DNA from: Erysipelotrichaceae bacterium
GTDB lineage: Bacteria > Bacillota_I > Bacilli_A > Erysipelotrichales > Erysipelotrichaceae
Length of the DNA stretch: 32,000 bases
NCBI GenBank assembly: GCA_963676105.1
Contig: OY781039.1
Location: 270,001 to 302,000, forward strand
Direction: 5' to 3'
Under the pieces are notes generated by a model. That model searched no databases. It saw only the letters and a list, made by a program, of their open reading frames with translations, and had not been told where the DNA came from. Made by a program: the position numbers and the translations under genes. Each line of letters opens with the position of its first letter. The first letter of the stretch is position 1. Below, piece by piece: positions 7,489 through 16,064 of the stretch.

Positions 7489-8637
7489 ATGTTAGATCGC
7501 GTTAACCCTATCGTAAAAGATATTAAATTAAGTGGCATTCGTCGCTTTAATCAAGCAGCTAAAAAAATTGAAAGCGCTGTTTCACTAACCGTTGGTGAAC
7601 CAGAATTTGATACTGTTCAACCAATTAAAGATGCGGCTTATGAAGCCCTTAAAAATAATCGTACACACTATCCAGTTGGTTTAGGTGTGCAAGAACTCAG
7701 AGAAGCTGTTGCTGAATTTGAAAGCAAAAATCCACAATCAACTTACTCAAGTGATGAAGTTATTGTCACGGTTGGGTCTACCGAAGCTTTATCTGCTGTC
7801 TTTTTCTCAATTTTAGAAGAAGGGGATGAAGTTATTATTCCTGAACCAATGTATTTGGTCTATCGTCCTTTAATTGAGCGTGTTGGCGCAAAAGTAGTTT
7901 CACTAGATACCACGCAAGATGATTTTCAAATTAATCGTGATAAATTAGCTGCATTAGTAAGTGATAAAACAAAAGCGATTTTAATTACATCTCCAAATAA
8001 TCCGACAGGTGTTATCTACAATAAAGAAAGTTTAGATATCGTTGTTGAATGTGCTTTAAAATATCGTACGTTTTTAATAAGTGATGATGTTTATAATCAA
8101 TTGGTTTATGTGGATCATTTACCTAGTTTAAGAGATTATCCTGAAGTCCGTGAACAACTCATTATTACGCAATCTTATTCAAAACCTTATGCGATGACAG
8201 GTTGGCGTATTGGCTATATTTTAGCGGATCAACCGATCGCAAAAGTCGTGGGATCTTTTCATCCATATATGGTCAGTGGTATTGCAACATTTATTCAAGA
8301 TGCAGCAATCACAGCTTTAAAACAAGACACCACTTGGATGCGTGATTTATATCATGCACGTCGTGATAAATCTTTAACTATTTTAGCTGAAAACAATATT
8401 AAAGTAGTTAAACCTGAAGGAGCGTTCTACTTCTTTGTTGACATCAAAGAATTCAACATGGGTTCAGAAGCCTTCTGTGAGAAAGCACTTTATGATTATA
8501 AAGTTGCGATGGTTCCAGGTGTTTACTTTGGTGAGAACTGTGATCACTTTATCCGTTTATCCTATGCGACAAGTGAAGACCAACTTTATGAAGGTTTAAA
8601 TCGCTTAGCTACTTTTGTTTCTGATTTAAGAAAATGA
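7489..8637 (+). CDS. PLP-dependent class-I aminotransferase (AspC/PatA-like)
   Basis: 382-aa ORF with LSGIRRF, SLTVGEPEF, NPTG and SYSKPYAMTGWRIGY (Schiff-base Lys). AAGGAGA SD is present. Confidence 0.85.
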   Translation: MLDRVNPIVKDIKLSGIRRFNQAAKKIESAVSLTVGEPEFDTVQPIKDAAYEALKNNRTHYPVGLGVQELREAVAEFESKNPQSTYSSDEVIVTVGSTEALSAVFFSILEEGDEVIIPEPMYLVYRPLIERVGAKVVSLDTTQDDFQINRDKLAALVSDKTKAILITSPNNPTGVIYNKESLDIVVECALKYRTFLISDDVYNQLVYVDHLPSLRDYPEVREQLIITQSYSKPYAMTGWRIGYILADQPIAKVVGSFHPYMVSGIATFIQDAAITALKQDTTWMRDLYHARRDKSLTILAENNIKVVKPEGAFYFFVDIKEFNMGSEAFCEKALYDYKVAMVPGVYFGENCDHFIRLSYATSEDQLYEGLNRLATFVSDLRK

Positions 8638-9122
8638 AAAACGTTTTAAAAACGATATTACTAACTTTACATACCCAAATAATCATTAACCTTTTTGTCT
8701 TTATCTTTATTCAGTTAGGCATTAAGGTTTTTGTCTTTAATGAACACAACTTAGTTAATTCAGTCCTTTTTGCGCTTAGTTTAATACCACCTTATTTTCT
8801 AATTTCATTATGTTTAGGTTTACTTAAACCAAAACTATTAAGTCTACCTTTTAAAGAATGGTCATTATTAATTCTTTTAATCGGGCTATACACATTGAGC
8901 TTTATCTTGAGTCAAAGTGATTTCAATCAATGGAGAATCTACTTTATTGGCCACATGCCAGTTGCCTATATGCTTCGATCATGGCTACCATCAGACTTTG
9001 ATTTTACTCAACAATTTCTAATAGGTTTAAGTGCCCTGACACCTGCTTTAGGTCTAAAGTTTGGTTATGAAATTAGTGCTTGGTTAAATAGGCGTTTTAA
9101 AAAATCACGCAGACTAGCGTGA
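8634..9122 (+). CDS. Small polytopic membrane protein, function unknown
   Basis: 162-aa hydrophobic ORF with an ATGA overlap to the aminotransferase gene. I recognise no motif. Confidence 0.5.
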   Translation: MKNVLKTILLTLHTQIIINLFVFIFIQLGIKVFVFNEHNLVNSVLFALSLIPPYFLISLCLGLLKPKLLSLPFKEWSLLILLIGLYTLSFILSQSDFNQWRIYFIGHMPVAYMLRSWLPSDFDFTQQFLIGLSALTPALGLKFGYEISAWLNRRFKKSRRLA

Positions 9123-9126
9123 TTTT
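9101..9126. terminator. Bidirectional hairpin terminator shared by convergent genes
   Basis: 10-bp stem AAAATCACGC (9101..9110) pairs with GCGTGATTTT (9117..9126). An A-run lies upstream and a T-run downstream. It overlaps both stop codons. Confidence 0.7.
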
Positions 9127-9761
9127 TATGTTCTTGAACCAAATAATGTTGAACCAATACGAATCATTGTTGATCCTTCTTGAATGGCGATTTTATAATC
9201 TTGACTCATACCCATCGATAATTCAGTTAAACTTGGATAATCTTTTTGATGTTTGATTAATAGACGTTTAGCGTTTTTAAAGATTTGTTGAGTTTCCTCT
9301 AAATCCACTGAACTAGGTCCCATAACCATGAGACCTTTTAGATTAAGAACAGATGAATCATTAACTTCTTTTAATAACAGATCTAAATCGTCTAATGAAC
9401 AGCCTGACTTTTGTTCTTCATTTGTTAAGTTAACTTGTATGAGAATATTTATTTGTTTATCTTGTTTTATGCATTCCTTATTGAGTTCTTGAATTAATCT
9501 GAGTGAATCAACAGAGTGAATCCAAGATGCATATCTAACAACATCCTTGACTTTATTACGTTGAAGATGACCAATAAAATGCCATGTAACATCTGTGATA
9601 ACTTGTGCTTTTTCTTTGAGTTCTTGTGCTTTGTTTTCGCCAAAGTCAGTGTAACCAGCTTGAATAGCTTCATGTATTGCTTCAATCGGTTTTGTTTTTG
9701 AAACAGCTACAATTTTACGTAGACTTGGATAATCTTGTATGAGTGTTTGATAGCTTATCAT
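9126..9761 (-). CDS. yggS: YggS/YlmE-family PLP homeostasis protein
   Basis: VAVSKTKP (PLP Lys) and HFIGHLQRNKVK are present. The track start at 9776 is a GTG without an SD. ATG 9761 is preceded by TGTATCAT plus 6 nt. Confidence 0.8.
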   Translation of the reverse strand: MISYQTLIQDYPSLRKIVAVSKTKPIEAIHEAIQAGYTDFGENKAQELKEKAQVITDVTWHFIGHLQRNKVKDVVRYASWIHSVDSLRLIQELNKECIKQDKQINILIQVNLTNEEQKSGCSLDDLDLLLKEVNDSSVLNLKGLMVMGPSSVDLEETQQIFKNAKRLLIKHQKDYPSLTELSMGMSQDYKIAIQEGSTMIRIGSTLFGSRT

Positions 9762-9798
9762 AGGTCTATGATACACTAAAATAAAGGGTTACTTATTT

Positions 9799-11472
9799 AT
9801 GTTAAAAAATAAAATTCATTCCGTTGTTTATCAAGTTTGGCCACGATCATTTAAAGACTCTAATCATGATGGAATCGGGGATATTCAAGGGATCATCTCA
9901 AAATTAGATTATCTAAAAGATTTAGGGGTAGATATAGTATGGATTTCTCCATTGTATGCGTCACCTAATCATGACTATGGCTATGATATTAGTGATTATT
10001 ATTCCATCAATCCTGAATTTGGGAGTATGGATGATTTTGATGAACTTATAAAAGAATGTCAAAAAAGGCATATTGAAATTATGATGGATTTAGTCGCAAA
10101 TCATACATCAGATCAACATGAATGGTATCAAGAAGCGATTAATAATCCTAATAGTGATAAAAGAGATTATTACTTTTTTAGAGAAGGAAAAGAGGGGCGT
10201 GAACCGAATAATTGGATTTCATTATTTGGTGGTAGTGCTTGGTCAAAAGAAAAAAATAATATCTATTCATTAAACCTATTTACACCTAATCAAAAAGATT
10301 TAAATTGGGAAAATGAAAATGTTCGGAAAGGGATCTATGACATTATAAATTTTTGGCAAAAAAAAGGCGTTACAGGTTTTCGCATGGATGTCATCAATAT
10401 GATAGCCAAGAAAGAAGGTTTACCGTCTTTTCATCCTGAGAAAAAGGGATATCAATTTGCGAAAGATTATATTGTGTCGCTTGATAAAACACATGACTAT
10501 CTAAATGAAATGTATGATAAAGCTCTAAGTCATAATGAAAATTTATATGTTGGTGAAGGGGTGATGATTAATCCTGATTCAGCATCAAAATATTGTGGAT
10601 CACAAAGTAAAGAATTAGACCTTATGTTTCACTTTGATTTGGCATTAATTGGTTGTGGTCCTTTAGGAAAATATGACTTTAGAAAACTTTATCGATGGCG
10701 TATTAAAGAATTTAAAGAAATTTATTTTAGATGGCAAAAAGCTTCTGTAGAAAAAGATTTTTATATCGGAAATTTCTTATCTAATCATGATCAACCTCGA
10801 TCTGTATCGCGTTATGGAAATGATCAGAAATATCATGAGGCGAGTGCGAAATGTTTACTCACTTTAAACTTCGTCTCTCGTGGAACAGCATTTATTTATC
10901 AAGGTGAAGAAATAGGGATGACAAATTGTCATTTTGAAGAAGATGACTGGCGCGATTTTGAAGCCATAAATGATTATAAAGTGCTTCAAGAGATGATGCA
11001 TCTACCTGCATTTTTAGCGAAAAAAGTTATACAAAAAATGACACGTGATCATGCCCGTACACCCATGCAGTGGAATGATGAAACCTATGCTGGATTTAGT
11101 GATCGTTTACCTTGGATAAAAGTAAACCCTAATAAAGATAAAATTAATGTTGAAGCACAGTTAAAAGATGAGCAATCTATCCATGCCTATACAAAGAAAT
11201 TAATAAGTTTATACAAGAAAAATAGGTTATTTGCCTTTGGTGAAGTTGGTGAAGTTTTACATGATCATAAACAAATGCTTGGTATTAAGAGATTTGATGA
11301 AAAAGAAACATTTATTATTTTAATTAATATGTCAGATAAATATGCAAACTTTAAAACAGAAGAAAACTGGCGTGAGATGGATCTTGTCTTATCAAACTTA
11401 AAAAATTCATCTTTATTAGACGAAAAAATGGTTTTTGCGCCTTATGAAGTTCGAATTTATAAGAGTATATGA
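9799..11472 (+). CDS. GH13 alpha-glucosidase (oligo-1,6-glucosidase / trehalose-6-P hydrolase type)
   Basis: 557-aa ORF with YQVWPRSF..GIGD, DLVANH, GFRMDVINM and NHDQPR. No signal peptide. Confidence 0.9.
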   Translation: MLKNKIHSVVYQVWPRSFKDSNHDGIGDIQGIISKLDYLKDLGVDIVWISPLYASPNHDYGYDISDYYSINPEFGSMDDFDELIKECQKRHIEIMMDLVANHTSDQHEWYQEAINNPNSDKRDYYFFREGKEGREPNNWISLFGGSAWSKEKNNIYSLNLFTPNQKDLNWENENVRKGIYDIINFWQKKGVTGFRMDVINMIAKKEGLPSFHPEKKGYQFAKDYIVSLDKTHDYLNEMYDKALSHNENLYVGEGVMINPDSASKYCGSQSKELDLMFHFDLALIGCGPLGKYDFRKLYRWRIKEFKEIYFRWQKASVEKDFYIGNFLSNHDQPRSVSRYGNDQKYHEASAKCLLTLNFVSRGTAFIYQGEEIGMTNCHFEEDDWRDFEAINDYKVLQEMMHLPAFLAKKVIQKMTRDHARTPMQWNDETYAGFSDRLPWIKVNPNKDKINVEAQLKDEQSIHAYTKKLISLYKKNRLFAFGEVGEVLHDHKQMLGIKRFDEKETFIILINMSDKYANFKTEENWREMDLVLSNLKNSSLLDEKMVFAPYEVRIYKSI

Positions 11473-11522
11473 GTAGATATTTAATTTGATTTTTAAGAAA
11501 ATAGAAATAAGGAGAATTTTAT

Positions 11523-11984
11523 ATGTTAGAAATTAATCAATTAGCACCAGATTTTACACTACCTAATCAAAATGGAGAACTTAGAACGTTAAGTGACTAT
11601 AAAGGAAAATGGGTCGTCCTCTATTTTTATCCAAAGGATAATACTCCAGGTTGTACCACTCAAGCCTGTTCATATCGAGATAATATGAATGAATTTGAGA
11701 AAAAGGGCATTAAAGTCTTTGGATTATCAAAAGATACAGCACAAAGTAAAAAGAAATTTGAAGTCAAATATGAACTCAATTTTGAATTATTGGCGGACGA
11801 AGATCATCATGTTTTAGAAGCTTATGATGTTTGGAAAGAAAAGAACATGTATGGCAAAAAAGTATGGGGAATAAAACGTACAACATTTGTCGTAAACCCA
11901 GAAGGACAAATTAGCGCAATCTTTGAAAAAGTAAAACCAGATGAAGATGTTGCGCAAGTCTTGGCTGCCATTGAAAATGCCTAG
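11523..11984 (+). CDS. bcp: Thioredoxin-dependent peroxiredoxin Bcp
   Basis: 153-aa ORF with YFYPKDNTPGCTTQAC (peroxidatic and resolving Cys). AAGGAGA SD is present. Confidence 0.9.
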   Translation: MLEINQLAPDFTLPNQNGELRTLSDYKGKWVVLYFYPKDNTPGCTTQACSYRDNMNEFEKKGIKVFGLSKDTAQSKKKFEVKYELNFELLADEDHHVLEAYDVWKEKNMYGKKVWGIKRTTFVVNPEGQISAIFEKVKPDEDVAQVLAAIENA

Positions 11985-12012
11985 AAACGTTGAACTAAAT
12001 CAACGTTTTTTA
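11985..12012 (+). terminator. Rho-independent terminator
   Basis: 9-bp stem AAACGTTGA (11985..11993) pairs with TCAACGTTT (12000..12008), followed by a T-run. Confidence 0.8.
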
Positions 12013-12113
12013 CTTTTTACAATTGTCTATTAACTTGATATTATGTAGACGCTTAGAATGAAGGAATTGTTTGTGAAAAAACTTATGAAATATAGATTAA
12101 AGAAGAGCAATGT

Positions 12114-12980
12114 ATGAGAGCAATTGTACGTACTGAATCCATTAAAGTGATACAGGCACTTAAAGATTATGATCTTGATTTTGTGCTTGTTGAACCTTTT
12201 TTCTCCTACCATCATCCTCATACACAATCATTAGATCAATTTAGAGAGTTGATTGAAGCTGTCGGTGATAAAGATTGGTATTTGGAAATCAATGGGTATA
12301 TTGAAGATAGTCAATTATCTGCCCTTAAAGAAACATTAAAAGTCTTTGAACTATTTAAACCTAAAGGAGTTTCATTTGCAGACTTTGCGGTTTATGAGTA
12401 TTTAAATGAAATAGAGTTTAGTGGTGAAAAAATCTTTTCACCAGAAACGATTTTAACCAGTTCTGCTGATATAGGTTTTTATCTGAATTATGTTGATCGT
12501 TGTGTTCTCGCAAAAGAATTAACACTTGAAGAGATGTGTGAGATTAGTAAAAAATATCCTAATAAGGTAGATGTCTTTGCCTTGGGGTATGCCTTAATGT
12601 CTGTATCGAAAAGACCTCTGGTTCAAAACTATTTTGATGAATTAGGGCGAAGTGATGAAATATTAAATAGAACTGATTTATTGATGCAGGAAGAAAAACG
12701 ACCTGAATGGATGCCTATTCTAGAGGAACATTTAGCATGTTCTACCTATATGCCACACATTACCTATTCAAAAAAAGAGATGAAGAATTTTGCTGAAGCA
12801 AATGTTTCGCATCTTTATTGTGATTCCTTATTTATTGAAGATGAAATTTTTATTGAACTTGTTAAACACATGATGGGTTTTGATACAGATTCAGATTTTA
12901 ATGAAATAAGTCAAAGTATACCTTTAGGGGATGCTTATTATTATCGTAAAACTAATTTGCTTAAAGGAGCGAAATCATGA
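12114..12980 (+). CDS. Peptidase U32 family protein, short paralogue (B. subtilis YrrN/TrhP1-like)
   Basis: 288-aa ORF upstream of, and ATGA-coupled to, the long U32 gene. Size and order match the yrrN-yrrO pair. Confidence 0.65.
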   Translation: MRAIVRTESIKVIQALKDYDLDFVLVEPFFSYHHPHTQSLDQFRELIEAVGDKDWYLEINGYIEDSQLSALKETLKVFELFKPKGVSFADFAVYEYLNEIEFSGEKIFSPETILTSSADIGFYLNYVDRCVLAKELTLEEMCEISKKYPNKVDVFALGYALMSVSKRPLVQNYFDELGRSDEILNRTDLLMQEEKRPEWMPILEEHLACSTYMPHITYSKKEMKNFAEANVSHLYCDSLFIEDEIFIELVKHMMGFDTDSDFNEISQSIPLGDAYYYRKTNLLKGAKS

Positions 12981-14170
12981 TTGAACTCTTAGCTCCGGCG
13001 GGTGATTTAGCCCGTGCAAAAGTAGCATATGATTATGGGGCAGATGCGGTATTTATTGGCGGTAAACGTTTTTCATTACGCGCAAAAGCTTCTAATTTTG
13101 ATATTCCTCAAATAAAGGAAGCAGTAGATTATGCCCATGCCTTAAATAAAGTCCTATATGTCACGGTAAATATGTTACCTCATGAAGATGACTTAGAAGG
13201 TTTAGATGAATATCTACTAGCGTTAAATGAAGTAAAAGTAGATGCAATCATTGTGGCATCACTTGCGATTGTAAAGAGGGCGATGGATTTAAACGTAGAT
13301 TACGAATTACATTTGAGTACGCAGTTATCGATTACGAATTCAAAAGCGATGGAATTTTATAAGTCGGTAGGTGTAGATCGTGTTGTTTTAGCGCGTGAAC
13401 TTGATTTAGATATGGTTGAAAGTATTCAATCAAAACAAATTATTGATACTGAAATTTTTATTCATGGTGGAATGTGTACGAATTATTCAGGACGTTGTAC
13501 TTTAAGTAATCAAATGACTTTAAGAGATGCGAATCGTGGAGGTTGTGCACAATCATGCCGCTGGTACTATAACTTTAAAATGGGAGATGAAATGATTTCG
13601 GATGAAGATCATCCATTTACCATGGGATCTAAAGACTTATCCACTTTAAAGTGGATTGAGGACTTTGTTCGATTAAAAGTAAATTCTTTAAAAATTGAAG
13701 GACGTATGAAATCTTCACATTATTTAGCTGTTGTCGTAGGAAGTTATCGAAAACTCATTGATGCGATTGAATCAAACACATTAAGTGATGATTTAATGAA
13801 TCAACTTCAAAAGGATATGGAAAAAGCTGAAGGGCGTTTAACCTTTGATGGATTTTACTCACATTTACCAAATGCTCAAGATCATTTATATCTTTCTCAA
13901 AAAACCGCAGTGCTTCAACGTTTTGTTGGAGATATTCTAGATCAAAAAGATGGTTGGGTTTTTGTGCAAATTAAGAATGGTGTCATAAAAGGGGAGTTAT
14001 TAGAAGTTTTAGAACCTTATAAAGCCGTTCAAAGTTTTCATTTAGAAGGTTTAGAAAATGAAGATAGAGAAGCAATGGATTCAGCAAAGAGTCCGATGTC
14101 TAAAGTATGGATTAAAGTGCCATTTGCTGTAAGTGATAAAGCTTTTATCAGAAAGGATCAAGTATTATGA
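12977..14170 (+). CDS. Peptidase U32 family protein, long paralogue (YrrO/TrhP2-like RNA hydroxylation factor)
   Basis: 397-aa ORF with ELLAPAG, GADAVFIGG, the Cys cluster GMCTNYSGRCTLSN...RGGCAQSCRW, and KIEGRMKS. Confidence 0.85.
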   Translation: MIELLAPAGDLARAKVAYDYGADAVFIGGKRFSLRAKASNFDIPQIKEAVDYAHALNKVLYVTVNMLPHEDDLEGLDEYLLALNEVKVDAIIVASLAIVKRAMDLNVDYELHLSTQLSITNSKAMEFYKSVGVDRVVLARELDLDMVESIQSKQIIDTEIFIHGGMCTNYSGRCTLSNQMTLRDANRGGCAQSCRWYYNFKMGDEMISDEDHPFTMGSKDLSTLKWIEDFVRLKVNSLKIEGRMKSSHYLAVVVGSYRKLIDAIESNTLSDDLMNQLQKDMEKAEGRLTFDGFYSHLPNAQDHLYLSQKTAVLQRFVGDILDQKDGWVFVQIKNGVIKGELLEVLEPYKAVQSFHLEGLENEDREAMDSAKSPMSKVWIKVPFAVSDKAFIRKDQVL

Positions 14171-14880
14171 TTCAAATTGAAGGGGCATTATCTGTAAAAG
14201 CAGCTTTAGAATCAGGAAATCGACAGATTACTAAAGTTTTGATTTCGAGTGATAAGAAAAGTAAAGATGTTAATTACATCGTTCATCTTTGTCATAAGTT
14301 TAATGTTGATTTTGAAAAAATTGCGAAAGAAGATTTTGGAAAATACAAACCATCTAAAACATTTGGTGGCATTTTAGCTTTGACAACACAGCGTGAATAT
14401 CAAAGTGTTGAAGAGTTAAAAGATTTTGATTGGTGTGTTTTAATCGAAGGGATAGAAGATCCATTTAATTTAGGACAAATGATTCGTACGGCTTATGCCT
14501 CAGGCGCACAAGCAATTCTTTTAAATCATAGAGATTGGTCAAAGGTTGAATCAACCTTATTAAAAAGTAGTGCAGGAGCATTTGATCGAATCGATATTGT
14601 CATAATGGAAGATATCCATAAAGATTTAACGTATTTGAAAAAACAGGGATTTAAACTGATTTCAGCCTTAAGAAATAACGATAGTATTTCACATGAAAAA
14701 CTGGCTTATCCATCACAGTCAATTTTAGCAATTGGTGGTGAAATGCGAGGTTTATCTAAAACTGTCAAAGAGCTAACAGATATCTCAGTTGAGATCAAAT
14801 ATCCTAATTCAACAAAGGTTGCGTTAAATGCAGTGAGTGCTTGTGCAATCTTAACCTTTAAACATGTCAATTTAGTCTAG
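14167..14880 (+). CDS. SPOUT (TrmH/SpoU, RlmB-like) RNA 2'-O-methyltransferase
   Basis: 237-aa ORF with EGIEDPFNLGQMIRTA, LAIGGEMRGLS and ALNAVSACAI. ATGA overlap with the U32 gene. Confidence 0.8.
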   Translation: MIQIEGALSVKAALESGNRQITKVLISSDKKSKDVNYIVHLCHKFNVDFEKIAKEDFGKYKPSKTFGGILALTTQREYQSVEELKDFDWCVLIEGIEDPFNLGQMIRTAYASGAQAILLNHRDWSKVESTLLKSSAGAFDRIDIVIMEDIHKDLTYLKKQGFKLISALRNNDSISHEKLAYPSQSILAIGGEMRGLSKTVKELTDISVEIKYPNSTKVALNAVSACAILTFKHVNLV

Positions 14881-14897
14881 GAATAAGGACATGATTT

Positions 14898-14906
14898 TGT
14901 TATAAT
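14898..14906 (+). promoter_or_regulatory. Extended -10 promoter element TGtTATAAT for guaBA
   Basis: TG at 14898..14899 and TATAAT at 14901..14906, about 28 nt before ATG 14934. Confidence 0.5.
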
Positions 14907-14933
14907 CTAAAATAAAAAATGGAGGATGAACAC

Positions 14934-16064
14934 ATGAATGATATGAACGGTAAACTCTTAAAAGAAGGCTATACTTTTGATGATTTATTATTAGTGCCTA
15001 ACTTTTCTAGCGTTGTCCCAAAGGATGTATGTTTAAAGACTCAATTAAGTGAGAAACTACAACTTAAAATTCCAATTATATCCGCTGCCATGGATACAGT
15101 TACGGAAGATAAGATGGCGATCGCATTAGCTAAAGCAGGTGGTCTAGGATTTATCCATAAAAACTTAAGCGTTGAAGCACAAGCTGAAATGGTTAAAAAT
15201 GTAAAAGCACTAAAAGGGGATGATCAAGCGGCCGTTGATGCGAAGGGTTATTTACTTTGTGGTGCTGCTGTTAGTGTTAATGCTTATTCAATGGAACGTG
15301 TTAAAGGATTAGTCGAAGCGGGTGTTGATGTCATCACTGTTGATTCAGCTCATGGGCACTCTCTAGGTGTTATTAACACAATTAAAGAAATTCATAAAAG
15401 TTATCCAGAATTAGATATCGTAGGTGGAAACATTGTTACTGCAGAAGCAGCGAAAGCACTTGTTGAAGCTGGCGCAAGCATTATTAAAGTAGGTGTTGGT
15501 CCTGGTTCTATTTGTACAACTCGTGTTGTTTCAGGGGTTGGAGTTCCACAACTTACTGCTGTTAATGATGTCTATGAATATGCAAAAAACCACAATGTAG
15601 CAGTTATTGCCGATGGTGGTATTAAACTTTCTGGTGATATTGTAAAAGCGATTGCGGCTGGGGCAGATGCAGTTATGTTAGGCGGACTGCTTGCCGGTAC
15701 TGAAGAAACACCAGGTGATATTATTGAAGTATATGGTAAAAAAGTTAAGACCTATATGGGTATGGGATCTTTAACAGCGATGCAAAAAGGGAGTTCAGAT
15801 CGATATTTCCAAGGTGGCGAAAAAGATCTTAAAAAACTTGTACCAGAAGGTATTGAAGCAACCGTTGCCTATAAAGGACCAATGGCGGATGTTGTCTATC
15901 AAATGATGGGTGGCTTACGTTCAGGTATGGGTTATTGTGGTTGTGCGGATATTGCACATCTTAAAACTGATGCGAAGTTTGTTAAAATCACGAATGCTGG
16001 TTTAACAGAATCTCATCCGCATGATGTTCAAAATATCCAGGAGGCTCCAAACTACCGTGGCTGA
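14934..16064 (+). CDS. guaB: IMP dehydrogenase lacking the CBS/Bateman subdomain
   Basis: [28 protein letters not shown] (catalytic Cys), [15 protein letters not shown] and ESHPHDV..EAPNYR are present. GGAGGA at 14921..14926 favours ATG 14934 over 14919. At about 376 aa it is roughly 110 aa shorter than canonical GuaB. Confidence 0.9.
   Translation: MNDMNGKLLKEGYTFDDLLLVPNFSSVVPKDVCLKTQLSEKLQLKIPIISAAMDTVTEDKMAIALAKAGGLGFIHKNLSVEAQAEMVKNVKALKGDDQAAVDAKGYLLCGAAVSVNAYSMERVKGLVEAGVDVITVDSAHGHSLGVINTIKEIHKSYPELDIVGGNIVTAEAAKALVEAGASIIKVGVGPGSICTTRVVSGVGVPQLTAVNDVYEYAKNHNVAVIADGGIKLSGDIVKAIAAGADAVMLGGLLAGTEETPGDIIEVYGKKVKTYMGMGSLTAMQKGSSDRYFQGGEKDLKKLVPEGIEATVAYKGPMADVVYQMMGGLRSGMGYCGCADIAHLKTDAKFVKITNAGLTESHPHDVQNIQEAPNYRG

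Noticed and set aside
9494-9701. 63-aa and 61-aa ORFs on opposite strands
   Set aside because: Both are nested within yggS and are AT-rich frame artefacts.
12030-12227. 65-aa minus-strand ORF
   Set aside because: It is antisense across the promoter and 5' end of the U32 gene. It reads as low-complexity Ile/Phe/Asn-rich sequence typical of AT-rich antisense frames.
14881-14933. Purine riboswitch upstream of guaB; S-box/SAM riboswitch or T-box upstream of the sulfur operon (18996-19186)
   Set aside because: The guaB leader is only about 30 nt. The 190-nt region before the sulfur operon is AT-rich and lacks the conserved GC-rich helices and core motifs of S-box, T-box or other riboswitches I know.
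14919-16056. Longer starts for guaB (14919) and guaA (16021)
   Set aside because: For guaB, the GGAGGA SD lies inside the extension. For guaA, the extension adds about 12 residues not seen before the [10 protein letters not shown] motif, and an AGGAGG precedes the GTG at 16057.
14934-16064. Possibility that the short GuaB-like gene is GMP reductase (guaC)
   Set aside because: The N-terminal TFDDLLLVP...AAMDTVTE, the flap [18 protein letters not shown] and the C-terminal [17 protein letters not shown] are IMPDH-type. The gene is also fused in an operon with guaA.
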